From assembly GCA_001179505.1 (NCBI GenBank), contig CDMY01000490.1, positions 1 through 64,000 of the forward strand: a stretch of 64,000 nucleotides of DNA, read 5' to 3'. Each line of letters starts with the position of its first letter. Within the stretch, counting starts at the first letter, position 1. A program made the translations under genes and the position numbers. Below, piece by piece: positions 39,458-51,364 of the stretch. The stretch comes from Vitrella brassicaformis CCMP3155 (lineage: Eukaryota; Protista; Chromerida). A model generated the notes under the pieces. The model did not search any database, was not told where the DNA came from, and saw only the letters and a program-made list of their open reading frames with translations.

Positions 39458-39641
39458 ATCTCTGAAGGCGGTCCCTTTGTGCCACCTCACCCGGATCTCT
39501 GCAGGTTGTCGATGAGCTCTCGATGTGTATTGCCGTGACACCGCCACGCCATGGTTGCTCAGTGACACTCACACAAGAGCAAGATGAATCACCTCGACGC
39601 TACGTGCTGGCGATGAGCTCGATTTGATGGATAATGCGCAG
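39458..39641 (-). repeat. Inverted duplicate of the PCMT1 5' region (promoter/5'UTR + exon 1 + intron start; source 9289-9468)
   Basis: The reverse complement matches 9289-9468. Positions 39552-39491 encode MAWRCHGNTHRELIDNLQRSG and are followed by an intact GTGAGG donor. Confidence 0.93.
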
Positions 39642-40100
39642 ATCACTATGCTGTATGCACTAATGCGCAGGTGCGCTTCACACCTGGTTCACGAAGAATA
39701 TCTGTCGTTGCCACTGACCGGTAGTCAGTTCCGATCGCGATGGTTCTGAGCCCCCTTTGAGCTCGCATTTCGCCGTCGGCATTGCAAAAGAGCTCTTTCC
39801 GAGTCTCTGTGACCAGCAGTGCCCTTCATTCAACCGAACTCTCGTCCCTCTGTCATCGCGGCGCTCACTTGTGAGCCCAACGACGGTCCGACCGTGATTA
39901 ACCGTCTCGGCTGCTCGTCAAGCCCTTTTCCGCCGCCAATTCGAATTCGTTGTTCTGCCTTACCAGGAGGCCTGCTGTGCTGATATCGGCCGTCCCAACA
40001 CCGCCACTGAGCCGCTCGTCGAGTCCCCAGCGGCCGATTCGTCCGTCGTCCGTCTCATATTCCGTCTGGTCTGACCATTGACGGCCTCTGCCCACCACCG

Positions 40101-40856
40101 ATGACGCCGTACAACCTCAACTCGACGGCCATGCAGAGCAGCACCACCATGTCTCACGCCCCCCACTGCTCCAACGGCTTCCCCCAGGGCTACGGATCAT
40201 ATGAGGGTCAGCAGAAACTGCAGCTATGGAGCCGCCGCGTCCGGCCACTCTGCTCCAACCACACGAACCACCCCCTAGCCGAGCCCACCCCGACGCACGG
40301 CCAAGACCGCATCGCACGGAAGAGTGCCCAGCTCGGCTGTGTGAAGGAGACGGGCCGTGTGGGCGGGCGGGTGAGCGGAGGGAGCGACGACTCGACGCAG
40401 CTGCCGCCATCCCGTCACGACAGCGACCGCAGTGTCGGTGGCGGGGTGGATGCGCAGCAGTATCAGGGAGAGGTGGGGGTGGGGGTGGGGATGGGGAGGG
40501 GTGTGTTGGGTTTGGGAGGGGCTGTGTACTCATACCAGCCACATGTGGTGGCATATCGCCCGGAGGCGCCGTGCCCCATCATGCCGGCTGCATGTGCTGC
40601 CGCCCGCCACGTGTCAGGTACACAAACACCAAATGGACGAACATTCAGGGGTCCGTGTCAATGTGGTTTATGTGTGTGTTGTCCATTAGGTTTCTCTCAC
40701 CACCACCACCAGCAGGCCAACTACGGCGACTGCGACTGCTGCGACTTGTGTGCGGCGGTGTGCGACCTGGTCGAGGGCATCGGGGACTGCGTGGTGTCCA
40801 CCGTCGAGGGTCTCATCGACCGCCTTAAGTGGTTCTTCATCTCGATCGACAACTAA
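40101..40856 (+). CDS. Small protein with a Cys-rich C-terminal module (CYSTM-like); copy 1
   Basis: Open ORF with a probable in-frame intron near 40618-40688. C-terminus YGDCDCCDLCAAVCDLVEGIGDCVV...LKWFFISIDN. Confidence 0.55.
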   Translation: MTPYNLNSTAMQSSTTMSHAPHCSNGFPQGYGSYEGQQKLQLWSRRVRPLCSNHTNHPLAEPTPTHGQDRIARKSAQLGCVKETGRVGGRVSGGSDDSTQLPPSRHDSDRSVGGGVDAQQYQGEVGVGVGMGRGVLGLGGAVYSYQPHVVAYRPEAPCPIMPAACAAARHVSGTQTPNGRTFRGPCQCGLCVCCPLGFSHHHHQQANYGDCDCCDLCAAVCDLVEGIGDCVVSTVEGLIDRLKWFFISIDN

Positions 40857-42700
40857 TCCAGCCATCTGCACGGTGGGTGAGGGCAAAGGAATCACACGTA
40901 GTGGGAAAGGGGAGGGAGAAGACATGAATCTATGAGTGCTCATTCTCTTCTGTCCATTTGGCTGTCTGCAGGCATCTGTTCGCCAGGCTGCGGCCGCGAT
41001 GGTGTGCTGCCCGTGCTGTGTCTGTCTGTCTGTCTGTCTATCTCAACTATCGACCTGGAGGGATACACATATGGTGACGGAACTCACACACACGAGGGGG
41101 AGGAGACACACCACATTCGCTTCACTCACTACACACGCGGGATGGGATACGGACGGGCATTGCGTTTGGGTGGAGAGGGAGGGAGGGAGTGTTCGCATGT
41201 ATCCTGTCCATCTGTGTGTGTCTCTCTTTGCTCTTGGCGGCTGTGCCGTGCGTGCCCCATATCACACACCACACATGTATGGCAGATTTTGATAGCAAAG
41301 CTCTCTGCTTTCTCAACATTCTCGTTCCGTAATCGTCTCCTCAGCTCATCGTCTCCTTAATTTTCTTCCTGGCTGCTACAGCAGACAGACAAGCATCCTT
41401 GTCTTTCGTCTCCTCCTTAGTTGGCTTCCTGAGCATCTCCCTCCCTAACCAATTGTCCCTAACCGTCCTCCTGTTCTCATTCATTCATGTGTTGATTGGC
41501 CTGACCCACTTTTCTGCCTTGGCTGCGTATTTTTTGTCGGCCTCCTGACGTGTGGCCGTCTGTTTGTGCTGTGGTGTGGTGTGGTGTGGTGTGGTGTGTG
41601 GTGTGTGGTGGGTGATAGTGACGGCCACAGACAGAGAGATAAGAATACATATATGGATGGCTGAATGACCTCTCCCCTCCCCCCTCCCCCCACACGCCTC
41701 ATCAGGACACAAGCGACATGATCCTTTTCTCTCGTGTGGATGTGTGTGTGGGTGTGGGTGTGCATGTCTGTCTACACATTGCGCGACGCGACCGACACGG
41801 ATAATGATAGACAGACAGACAGACAGTACGTGGCAGTGCCTGTATGGCCATTCTCCCTCTCTGTTACTCTACGCTTCACTCACACACACACACGTGCCTG
41901 CCGGGGATGTGTGGGTGTCTGAGGGCTTGGCGAGACGCGACAAACACAGATAAAGATAGACAGATAGATAGACAGCGGGTCGTTCAGGCTGCCTGCCTGG
42001 CCGCTCTCTCCCTCTCTCTCAGTGTATCCTTTGCTGTGGTGTGTGTGAATTCGCCCGCTCGGATGGACTGACTGATGCTGTCCTCATCTCCTCAATTGCT
42101 CCTCAATGCTTCCTTCCTCCCCTAATCCCACTACTTCAAGAAGAGACAAGCCTACTTGTCCTTTGCCACCCTCCCTAATTGTCCTTACTTGTCGTCTTGT
42201 TAACCGTCTCCTTCCTCAACTAAGTGTTCCCGTGTTATCTCATTCATGTGTTGATGGGCCGTGGATCTCTGGCGACACACTGTCTGGCTCTTCAGCTACC
42301 CGTGTGCTGTGCTGTGCTGTGTGATGGGAGACGGCCACGGCGGCCGACAGAATGATAAGGATGGACAAAGGGATGGATGGTCGGTTGCTCAACCGCACAC
42401 GTGCACAGACAAAGATTGACAGAGATATTGTTAGGTGTGTCCGGATGGCCATTCTCCCTCTCTCTACTGTGTGTGTCTGTGTGTGTGTGTGGCGATTCGT
42501 TCGAGTGGACTCATGCATCCATCCATCGCTGCCAGCGAGGCGACGGACGGACCGTTCCGGCCAACAGAGAGATAGACATGGTCCGCACTGTCTGTCCGCC
42601 GTGTCGTGTCTGTGTTGGCGGCTACGTGTCGATGGACAGACAGACAGACAGACAGACGCGTGTACGTGTGAGTGATTGCACCGATGATGTGACCAATCAC
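40494..42700 (+). repeat. ~2.2-kb segmental duplication, copy 1 (3' part of the Cys-rich gene plus downstream sequence)
   Basis: Colinear homology with 43900-46283; near-identical in the coding part and with many indels downstream. Confidence 0.9.
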
Positions 42701-42863
42701 ACATTGCAACATCGACATCACATCACACCTTACACAATAAACGAACAGCTTCAGTAGTCCATCCATCCATCCAGGCAGACACAGCACAGACACACACAGA
42801 GTTCCCATTTACAACTCACCACTCTCTCCGAGTATGTCACTCACTCCCTCACTCCCTCATTCG

Positions 42864-43558
42864 TCAGTCCGTCTCGTCAGCCCAGTCCCTCGGCTTCCTG
42901 AGCACGTCCACCAGCCGCCTCTCTTCCTCCCCTGGCTCCCCATATCGGTAGCTCCACTTGACGAGCGGCGGAGCCGACACTATTACCCTCTCTATCGCCC
43001 CTCCCGGCGCCAGACCAAACCTCACACCTCTGTCATAGAGCAGGTTGAACTCGACGTACCGCCCCCTTCTCACCAGCTGCCACTCACGCTGCTGCGGCGT
43101 GTAGGGCAGTGACCGCCGGCGGTCCACGATGGGCCGCCAGCTGTCGAGGAGACCGTCAGCCACATCCTGGACAAATTCGAGGGGTGGTGTGGGAGGGGTC
43201 GGTGAAGTGGAGGGGGATGGTGATGGTGGCGGTGGGAGGTCAGAAAAGTCCATAAGGTCGTCGAAGAAGATGCCGCCGATGCCGCGATGCTCCTGTCGTG
43301 CTGGCAGATAGAAATACTCATCGCACCACTTCTTGTACCTCGGGTACAGGTCAGGGCTGTACTTGTCACACACACCTCGCCAGTGCTTGTGCCACTCGAT
43401 CGCGTCCTCCTCGAACAGATAGCATGGTGTCAGATCGGCACCACCGCCGAACCATCCCTGTGGCTCGCTGTGTCCATCATCAGCCACCTCAAAGTAGCGG
43501 ACGTCGGCTCTCAATGTGGGGACCATTGGATGGGCTGCGTGGACGACGAGCGACAGTG
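42864..43558 (-). CDS. CPOX: Coproporphyrinogen III oxidase (aerobic, HemF), terminal exon only; the 5' part is presumably in the gap
   Basis: WFGGGADLTPCYLFEED, YKKWCDEYFYLPARQEHRGIGGIFFDDL and RRGRYVEFNLLYDRGVRFGL. Confidence 0.93.
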
Positions 43559-43899
43559 CTGCGGCACAGTAAGGCTGCCCCCCTCCCTCACGCACCTTCN
43601 NNNNNNNNNNNNNNNNNNNNNNNNNNNNNNNNNNNNNNNNNNNNNNNNNNNNNNNNNNNNNNNNNNNNNNNNNNNNNNNNNNNNNNNNNNNNNNNNNNNN
43701 NNNNNNNNNNNNNNNNNNNNNNNNNNNNNNNNNNNNNNNNNNNNNNNNNNNNNNNNNNNNNNNNNNNNNNNNNNNNNNNNNNNNNNNNNNNNNNNNNNNN
43801 NNNNNNNNNNNNNNNNNNNNNNNNNNNNNNNNNNNNNNNNNNNNNNNNNNNNNNNNNNNNNNNNNNNNNNNNNNNNNNNNNNNNNNNNNNNNNNNNNNN

Positions 43900-46283
43900 T
43901 GGGGAGGGGTGTGTTGGGTTTGGGAGGGGCTGTGTACTCATACCAGCCACATGTGGTGGCATATCGCCCGGAGGCGCCGTGCCCCATCATGCCGGCTGCA
44001 TGTGCTGCCGCCCGCCACGTGTCAGGTACACAAACACCAAATGGACGAACATTCAGGGGTCCGTGTCAATGTGGTTTATGTGTGTGTTGTCCATTAGGTT
44101 TCTCTCACCACCACCACCAGCAGGCCAACTACGGCGACTGCGACTGCTGCGACTTGTGTGCGGCGGTGTGCGAGCTGGTCGAGGACATCGGGGACTGCGT
44201 GGTGTCCACCGTCGAGGGTCTCATCGACCGCCTTAAGTGGTTCTTCATCTCGATCGACAACTAATCCAGCCATCTGCACGGTGGGTGAGGGCAAAGGAAT
44301 CACACGTAGTGGGAGAGGGGAGGGAGAAGACATGAATGTATGAGTGCTCATTCTTTTCTGTCCATTTGGCTGTCTGCAGGCATCTGTTCGCCAGGCTGCG
44401 GCCGCAATGGTGTGCTGCCGGTGCTGCGCGTCTGTTTATCTCAATAATCGATCTGGAGAGATCCATGTACATATGGTGACGTAGCTCACACACGACACGA
44501 GGGGGAGGAGACACGTGCACCACATGCGCTTCACTCACTCGCCACACACACAGGATGGGATACGGACGGGCATTGTGTTTGGATGGAGAGGGAGGGATTG
44601 AGTTTCGACGGGCATGTATCCTATCTATCTGTGTGTGTGTCTCTCTTTGCTCTTGGCGGTTGTGCCGTGCCCCATATCACACACCGTACATGTATGTGTT
44701 TGGGCAGGCGGGGCGGGGCGGGCAGATTTTGATAGCAAAGCCTTCTGCTTGCTCAACATTCTCTCTCGTTCCATAATCGTCTCCTTAGCTCATCGTCTCC
44801 TTATATAATTTTCTTCCTGGCTGCAACAGCAGACAAGCGTCCTTGTCTTTCGTCTCCTCCTTAGTTGGCTTCCTGATCATCTCCCTCCCTAACCGTCCTC
44901 GTGTTCTCATTCATTCATGTGTTGATTGGCCCGGCCCACTTTTCTGCCTTGGCTGCGTATTTTTTGTCGCCCTCCTGACGTGTGGCCGTCTGTCTGTTTG
45001 TGGTGTGGTGTGGTGTGTGTGGTGTGGTGTGGTGTGGTGTGCGATGGGAGATGGTGAGGCCACAGACAGAGAGATAAGGACACATATCTGGATGGCTGGA
45101 TGACCTCTCACCCCACACACACACGCGCCTCATCAGGACACAAGCGCCATGATCCTTTTCTCTCGTGTGGATGTGTGTGTGGGTGTGGGTGTCTACACAT
45201 TGCGCGACGCGACCGACACGGATAATGATAGACACAGAGGCAGGCAGGCAGACCGACAGACAGACAGTGTGTGGCAGTGCCTGCCTGGCCATTCTCCCTT
45301 TCTCATACTCTACGCTTCACTCACAGAAAGATATGGATTGATTGCTTGGGTGGGTATCTCGAACGAACACGATTCACACACATAGCCGACAGGTCTTCCT
45401 CGCTGTACTGCAACACACAAGTGCCTGCCGGGGATGTGTGGGTGTCTGAGGGTTTGGCGAGACGCGACCGAAAGAGATAATGATAGACAGACAGACAGCG
45501 GGTCGTTCAGGCTGCCTAGCTGCCTGGCCGCTCTCTCACTCCCTCTCTCTCAGTGTGTCCTTTGCTGTGGTGTGTGTGAATTCGCCCGCTCGGATGGACT
45601 GACTGTTGCTGTCCTCATCTCCTCAATTGCTCCTCAATGCTTCCTTCCTCCCCTAATCCCACTACTTCAAGAAGAGACAGGCCTCCTTGTCCTTTGCCTC
45701 CCTCCTTAATTGTCCTCACTTGTCGTCTTGTTAACCGTCTCCTTCCTCAACTAAGTGTTCCAGTGTTGTCTCATTCATGTGTTGATGGGCGTGGATCTCT
45801 GGCGACACACTGTCTGGCTCTTCAGCTGCCCGTGTGCTGTGCTGTGCCATGTGACGGGAGACGGCCACGGCGGCCGACAGAAAGACAAAGATGGACAAAG
45901 GGATGGACAAAGGGATGGATGGATGGATGGTCGGTGCTCAACCACACAAATGCACACACACGGACGGATGCCTCACTGCGACACAAGTGTCTGCTCCTTC
46001 TCAGTGTGTCTCCCAGACGTCCGTGTGTGGACTGGCCACAGATGGATGTGTGTGGGTGGGTGGGTAAGTGGGTGTGGGTGCCGATGTCTTGGCGAGACGC
46101 GACCGACAACAGACAAGATAGACAGAGATATTGTTAGGTGAGTCCGCCTGGCCATTCTCCCTCTCTCTCTCTTTCTCTACTGTGTGTGTGTGGCCATTCG
46201 TTCGAGTGGACTCATCGCTGGACAGACAGACGTTCGGACGCATGTACGTGTGATTGCACCGATGATATATATAACCAATCACA
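43900..46283 (+). repeat. Segmental duplication, copy 2 (includes a partial paralog of the Cys-rich gene ending at 44264)
   Basis: ORF 43287-44264 repeats the C-terminal peptide with two substitutions (D>E, G>D), and the downstream homology continues. Confidence 0.9.
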
Positions 46284-46390
46284 CAAAACACCCTGAAAAT
46301 GATAGACTGGCGAATTCACTCATCAACCACCACTCATCATATGCAGTCCCCATCTCATCAATCATGGCATGCAGTGCAGGTCTCTCTCAG

Positions 46391-49300
46391 CTAGGTCAGA
46401 GCAGAGGAGAAGGGCGAAGACGACTCGATGCCCTGGTCGCACAGGTACATGACGATGTCCCGCCGCGACTCGTCGGACAGCAGCAGCCGACCCAGCCGCC
46501 ACCGACGCGCCACACACTTCACCCACTCTTGTGCACTCGGGGGCGCGCCCGCCAGATGAACCAGACACTCGAAGGCACGGCCAGACACACACTCCTGCAC
46601 AGCATAGCAACCACAGCCATATCATATACGCATGGACGCTTGTTTTGTGTGGGAGTGTGGCTGCGTACGCACGTACCTCTTTTATGGCTTCGGCCATGGC
46701 GTCTTCGGCTCCCTCCATGATGTCGTGCATGCCCTCGACCAACGCGCACACCTCGGCACACGTCATGCCGCGCAGACCACGGCCAGGGGGGAGCCCCTCC
46801 TCGCCATCGGCCAGTGGCATCATAGTCACGGGCTGGTCGGCGAATGCTGCTGTGTAGGGGTACAAGAACAGCTGCAGCACCGGGCCGAACAGACACGAAG
46901 GGGATGGGGGTGGTGGGCCATCGGCCTGGTGCTGCTGTTGCGGGTGGTGGGTCTTGCCGCGCCAAGCGGTGAGTGCCGCCATGTCCGTGAGCTGATGGAC
47001 CAGGGAGGAGAGGGAGTAGCCGTGCTGCAGTTGACACACAACACACACAGTGACGGCGGACATGCTCTCCTTTGCCCCGCCTCTCTGCTCTCGCATACAT
47101 ACCTGGAACAGCTCGTTGCCGAGGGCTCTCACATGCTCGCACGGATGGCGCTCCACCAGGGCCCGCAGGTCGGCACAGCCGATCTCATCGTACCCCAGCG
47201 CATTCATGTCGTCGTCATCTTCCTCCTTGTTCACGACCACATCATCGGCCGCCCTTCTCTGCTGCCGCTCCTGTTGCTGGTGCTGCTGGTGATGCTGCTG
47301 GGGGTGTTGGATGCTGTGCCTCTCCCTCTTGGCGTGACGCCTCTGCTGCCCACCGGCCCCGTCGGTGCGCGGCCTCTTGCTGCTGCCGGTCTTGCCTCTT
47401 TTGCTGCGCGGCACCCGCCCCCCACTCGCCGCTTTCCTTTTCCTGACAGCCGGTGGTGGTGGAGACTCCACCTTGGCCTCCACATCAGCACCCTCGGCAT
47501 CTGCATGCTCCTCCTGCTTGACTGTCACGGGGGGAGGGGGAGGGGGAGGGGGAGAGGCCTCCTTGGCCGATGCTGGTGGTGGTGGTGGTGGGGCTGGCTC
47601 GAGTGGGGCGGGTGGCGGTGGGGGTTGCGGCTCTAGTCGATGTTTCTTGTGGTGATGGTCGGTGGCCGGCGCGGGTGGGGATGGCACGACGTGTGGCTGT
47701 TGGTAGTCGGGGTGGAGGATGGTGGAGAGCTTCTTGCCAACGTGGGAAGTGGCGACGGCGCACTGAAGCAGCTCCTGACGCGACATGGGCTCGTCACGAC
47801 GGCCATGGAACCTGAAACACACACACACGCACACACACACACACATACACACACACATTCTTCTCTTCTTCTCCTTCGTGGCTGGTGGTCGATGTCCCTC
47901 TCACCCTAGGCCGAAAGGCTTGGCGCGTTCATGCAGAGTGATCTCCTGGTGAAGGTGCAGGTCGATCGTGTACACCCTGATGGCGTTGCCCGTGTCGCCA
48001 TGCGTCAACACAATGAGATGCGGGGCGTCACGTGCACTCGCACCATCCACCACCACTTGCATGCCGCCGATCGGGGTCGATGGTGGGACGCCAGTGGGCA
48101 GGGTTGCTTGGCAATCCCTTTTGTGCCAAGTGCCGTCGGGCTGGTGCCACTCATAGCGAATTATCTGCTCGTCAGTTGAGCAGGGCTGGCGAGTGCGGTA
48201 GTAGAGGTACCGGCGACTGGCGTGCTGCACACAGAGACAGAGAGAGAAGGATGCTTGTGTTGTGTGCGGTGGTAGGTAAGGGTGCTCTGCTCGTCACCTG
48301 GTGGAAGTAGACAGCGAAGCTCGTTGCCGGCGCGTCGACCGTGTGAATGACGTCAAGCCCCCCCTCGCCAACCCTGAAGCTCTCGAGCACGTCAGCCGAT
48401 ATCTTTCTGATCTCGCTTCTGGCCCCCTCCCTGTGCTGCACCAGACACCAAATGGCGCCCTCCCCACCGCCCTCCTCCACCCACCGCAGCTGCACCACCC
48501 GCCCCTCCCTGCTCGGCATGATGTCCAACCCGTCAGCACACGTGTCCTTCAACACGATCCATCTCGCCTGCCTCTCAGCGCGACAGAGGCGCTGCTCAAT
48601 CGGCCACGTCGGGAGGTCCGGCTCGAAAGCGGCGAGGGCCAGTGGGGCGATGGGCGTGTCGACCAGCTGCTGGACGTACAGCATCTTGGCTTGGAAACGC
48701 AGATCGATGACCCTGCCGTCGCGAGTTGTGCCGGTCTCGAGCGACGCTGAGAGGGTGTCTGCCTTGAAGGGCTGCCCCGGTAGCAGGGGCTTGAATGAGG
48801 GGATCTCTGGGTAGCGTGTGGCCTGTGTGAACGGGAGGCTGATGAAGATCTCGTCGTTGTTGACGATGAGGTCGGTGGGCGTGGGGGTCACGGCGGGGTG
48901 GGGGGCCTTGTTGCGGCCGCCTCGGGGAAGGGCGAAGAAGGTCGACCCGCAGCACTTCCGGATGATGTAGGTGGGCAGGTTGGCCGCCTGGATGACAGAC
49001 AGAGAGAAAGAGAGAGTATGTCAGACTAATGACGGTCTGTCTGTCTGTCTGTCTCCTCTGGTCCCTTATTCATTGTTACCTCTGTGTTGTCGTCGTGGGA
49101 ATCATCACCCTCAGCAGGAGCACCACCGGTGTGTGGCTCGAGTGCGCACAGGTAGATCTCCTTGCTGTGGTAATGCAGACCCACAAACACCACATAACCC
49201 ACCGGACCGCTGCTGGTCACGGTGCGTCGCTGCTGATGGGTGTGGGAGTGGGTGTGGGTGTGGATGGCCTTCTCGCGGCTCTCATCAGCCGCCGCCTCAT

Positions 49301-51199
49301 GGACAGCCTGATGTTCGCGCACACGCGACACAGAGGCACACAGGGAGGGAGGGAGGGAGGGATGGTGCAACGTGGAGTGAGTGATTCGTCTGATCGCCAA
49401 GCGCACCTGTGGGGGCGCTGCTGCGTGCTGGTCATAGTCTGTGACTGTGTCGTGCGGCTGCATGGACTCATCTTCACCACCACCACCACCAGCCTGTGTG
49501 ATGATGGACACGCATAGAAAGACGACAAGTGTGGCCACAGCAGCGGTGACTCCCTCCCTCCCCAGCGGCTATCGCACCTGACTGTCTGGTGTTCCCTCCT
49601 CCTCCTCCTCCTTCTCCTGCTGCTGCTGCTGATGCTGCTGTGCGTCAGCTTCTGTCGCCATGACGACATCCTTGCCACCCTCACGCACAGGGGGCACCAC
49701 CTGACATACACAAATCAGATGGATGGATGGATGAATCGACATGTCATCAAGACACCAAGCACCTGTGTAGGTGAGGTGCATCCACCTACCTGGTCGTCGG
49801 GACAGGCGCTGTCGGTTTTCTCAGCCTCAGCAGCATCAGCGGCAGCAGCAGCAGCAGATGGGTCTCGGAAGAAGGCGCCAATTCTCGCCCCCACGGACTC
49901 TGCCTCGACTTGGGCGAGCGGGGCCTGGCAGGGGAGGGGCACGAGGGGCAGCAGCTGAGCCATCAACGAAGCGACCTGCTGCTCACTCTCCTCCTCCCTA
50001 CCCTCCTCCTGAACACAACAAAACAGACACACCAGACAGTCACACAGACAGATGGGATGGGTGTTTGTCCTCACTCATCTGCACCTGTGTCGCATTCATT
50101 GGCACATCACCCGCCTGCTCACTCGCCGCCCTCTCCTCTGGTGGATGTTGCGGCTCTCCATCGGCAGGCGGCTCTCGCGCCGCTGCCGTCATCTCCATCG
50201 GCGCAGCATCCCCTTGCTCACTCTCTGCCCTCTCGTGTGGCTCCGTCGGCTCACCAGCCGGCTGACCAGCTGCACCATTGTTGTCTTCACTCGAGCCACG
50301 AGGCTGCTCCCCATTTGCTTCCTCCTCTCCCATCACGACGTCATCCACAGCTGGTGGCAATCGCTCAGCCGTCCTCGAAGGCATGACGGCCGACGAGAGT
50401 GCTCCAAGCAGCGCCCTGGCGGTTCTCATGAGGAGGGGCGGCGAGGGCAGGCCCATCCCAGGTGTCACCTCGCCGCCAAAGCCATTCTCCAGAGGTGGCA
50501 TCTCTTGCTCGGGTGACTGCGAGGGGGAGGGGGCAGATTGAGGTTGAGGTTGGACGGTGCCCCCCAGGCGCTTCGCCACCTCCTGCAATGCTTCCGTCGG
50601 GCCGAATGCCTCCAGCCATGGCGGGGAGCCGTCTGCCGTCTTGGGGTCAAAGAGCACGCATCTGAACTGCTTGCAAAGCTCGTCACACATCTCGGCTGAC
50701 GGCCTGGCAGCCGCATCCAGAGCGATCCTCGTCGGCTCGCCGGCAGCAAGTGTGTGGACGAGCTCCACCGCCCTCTCGACATTCCGCTCAGAGCTGCCGG
50801 CAATCTCCAGTGCCGCGGGGTCTGTCAGTGATGGTGTGAGGGTCGTCTTGGTGACCCGGTGGATGAGCTCCCGACAGTTGGCGGCGAGGGCTCTCTCTCG
50901 CGCCGTGTCCGACCAGTCAGTCCCACTCAGGGACAGAGACCTCCTGGTCACTGCTGTAATGTTGTTGGTGAGAGGGTGGAAGGGAGGGGACTGGGCGTTC
51001 AACTTGGCATTGCGTCGCCACGGCGGTTGCTGTTGCTGTTGCTGCTGCTCCGAGTCCGCGCTGGTAGATCTGCACGACAAACCACACCACACGAAAGCCA
51101 CAGAGGAGTACCTGAAGTCAACGAAGGAAGGCGCTGTGCGGGGTACCTGTCGGCAGCAGCATACGGATCTGGCGGAAACCAGTCCTTCTCTTCAGCCAT
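46391..51199 (-). CDS. Large multi-exon hypothetical protein: PAM2-like motif and KH-like folds at the N-terminus, low-complexity linkers, unrecognised globular middle and C-terminal regions
   Basis: A chain of GT-AG exons runs from MAEEKDWFPPDPY (51199) to a stop at 46391. Frame continuity was checked at the 47905/47813 junction. Motifs KLNAQSPPFHP and LEIAGSSERNVERAVELV. Confidence 0.6.
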
Positions 51200-51226
51200 G
51201 GTCCACTACAGTACCTTTCCGAAGCT

Positions 51227-51248
51227 CAGGGTTCAGGGTTTAGGGTTC
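51227..51248. promoter_or_regulatory. Telomere-like TT(T/C)AGGG triplet in the bidirectional promoter upstream of ORC5
   Basis: cagggttcagggtttagggttc. Confidence 0.5.
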
Positions 51249-51364
51249 TGGTGCAAGCTTGCCTTTGCCGCTGATGAGGGACACTCGTCCGAGGAATTTC
51301 TTAGCGCATTAGCCTAGTGACCCCGCCCGGGCAGCCCTTCTATCGTTTGTGGTAGTCTCCAGTC

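Noticed and set aside
41380-46283. Possible CRISPR-like array from recurring modules
   Set aside because: The repeats are degenerate, irregularly spaced and lack unique spacers, and the context is eukaryotic with no cas genes.
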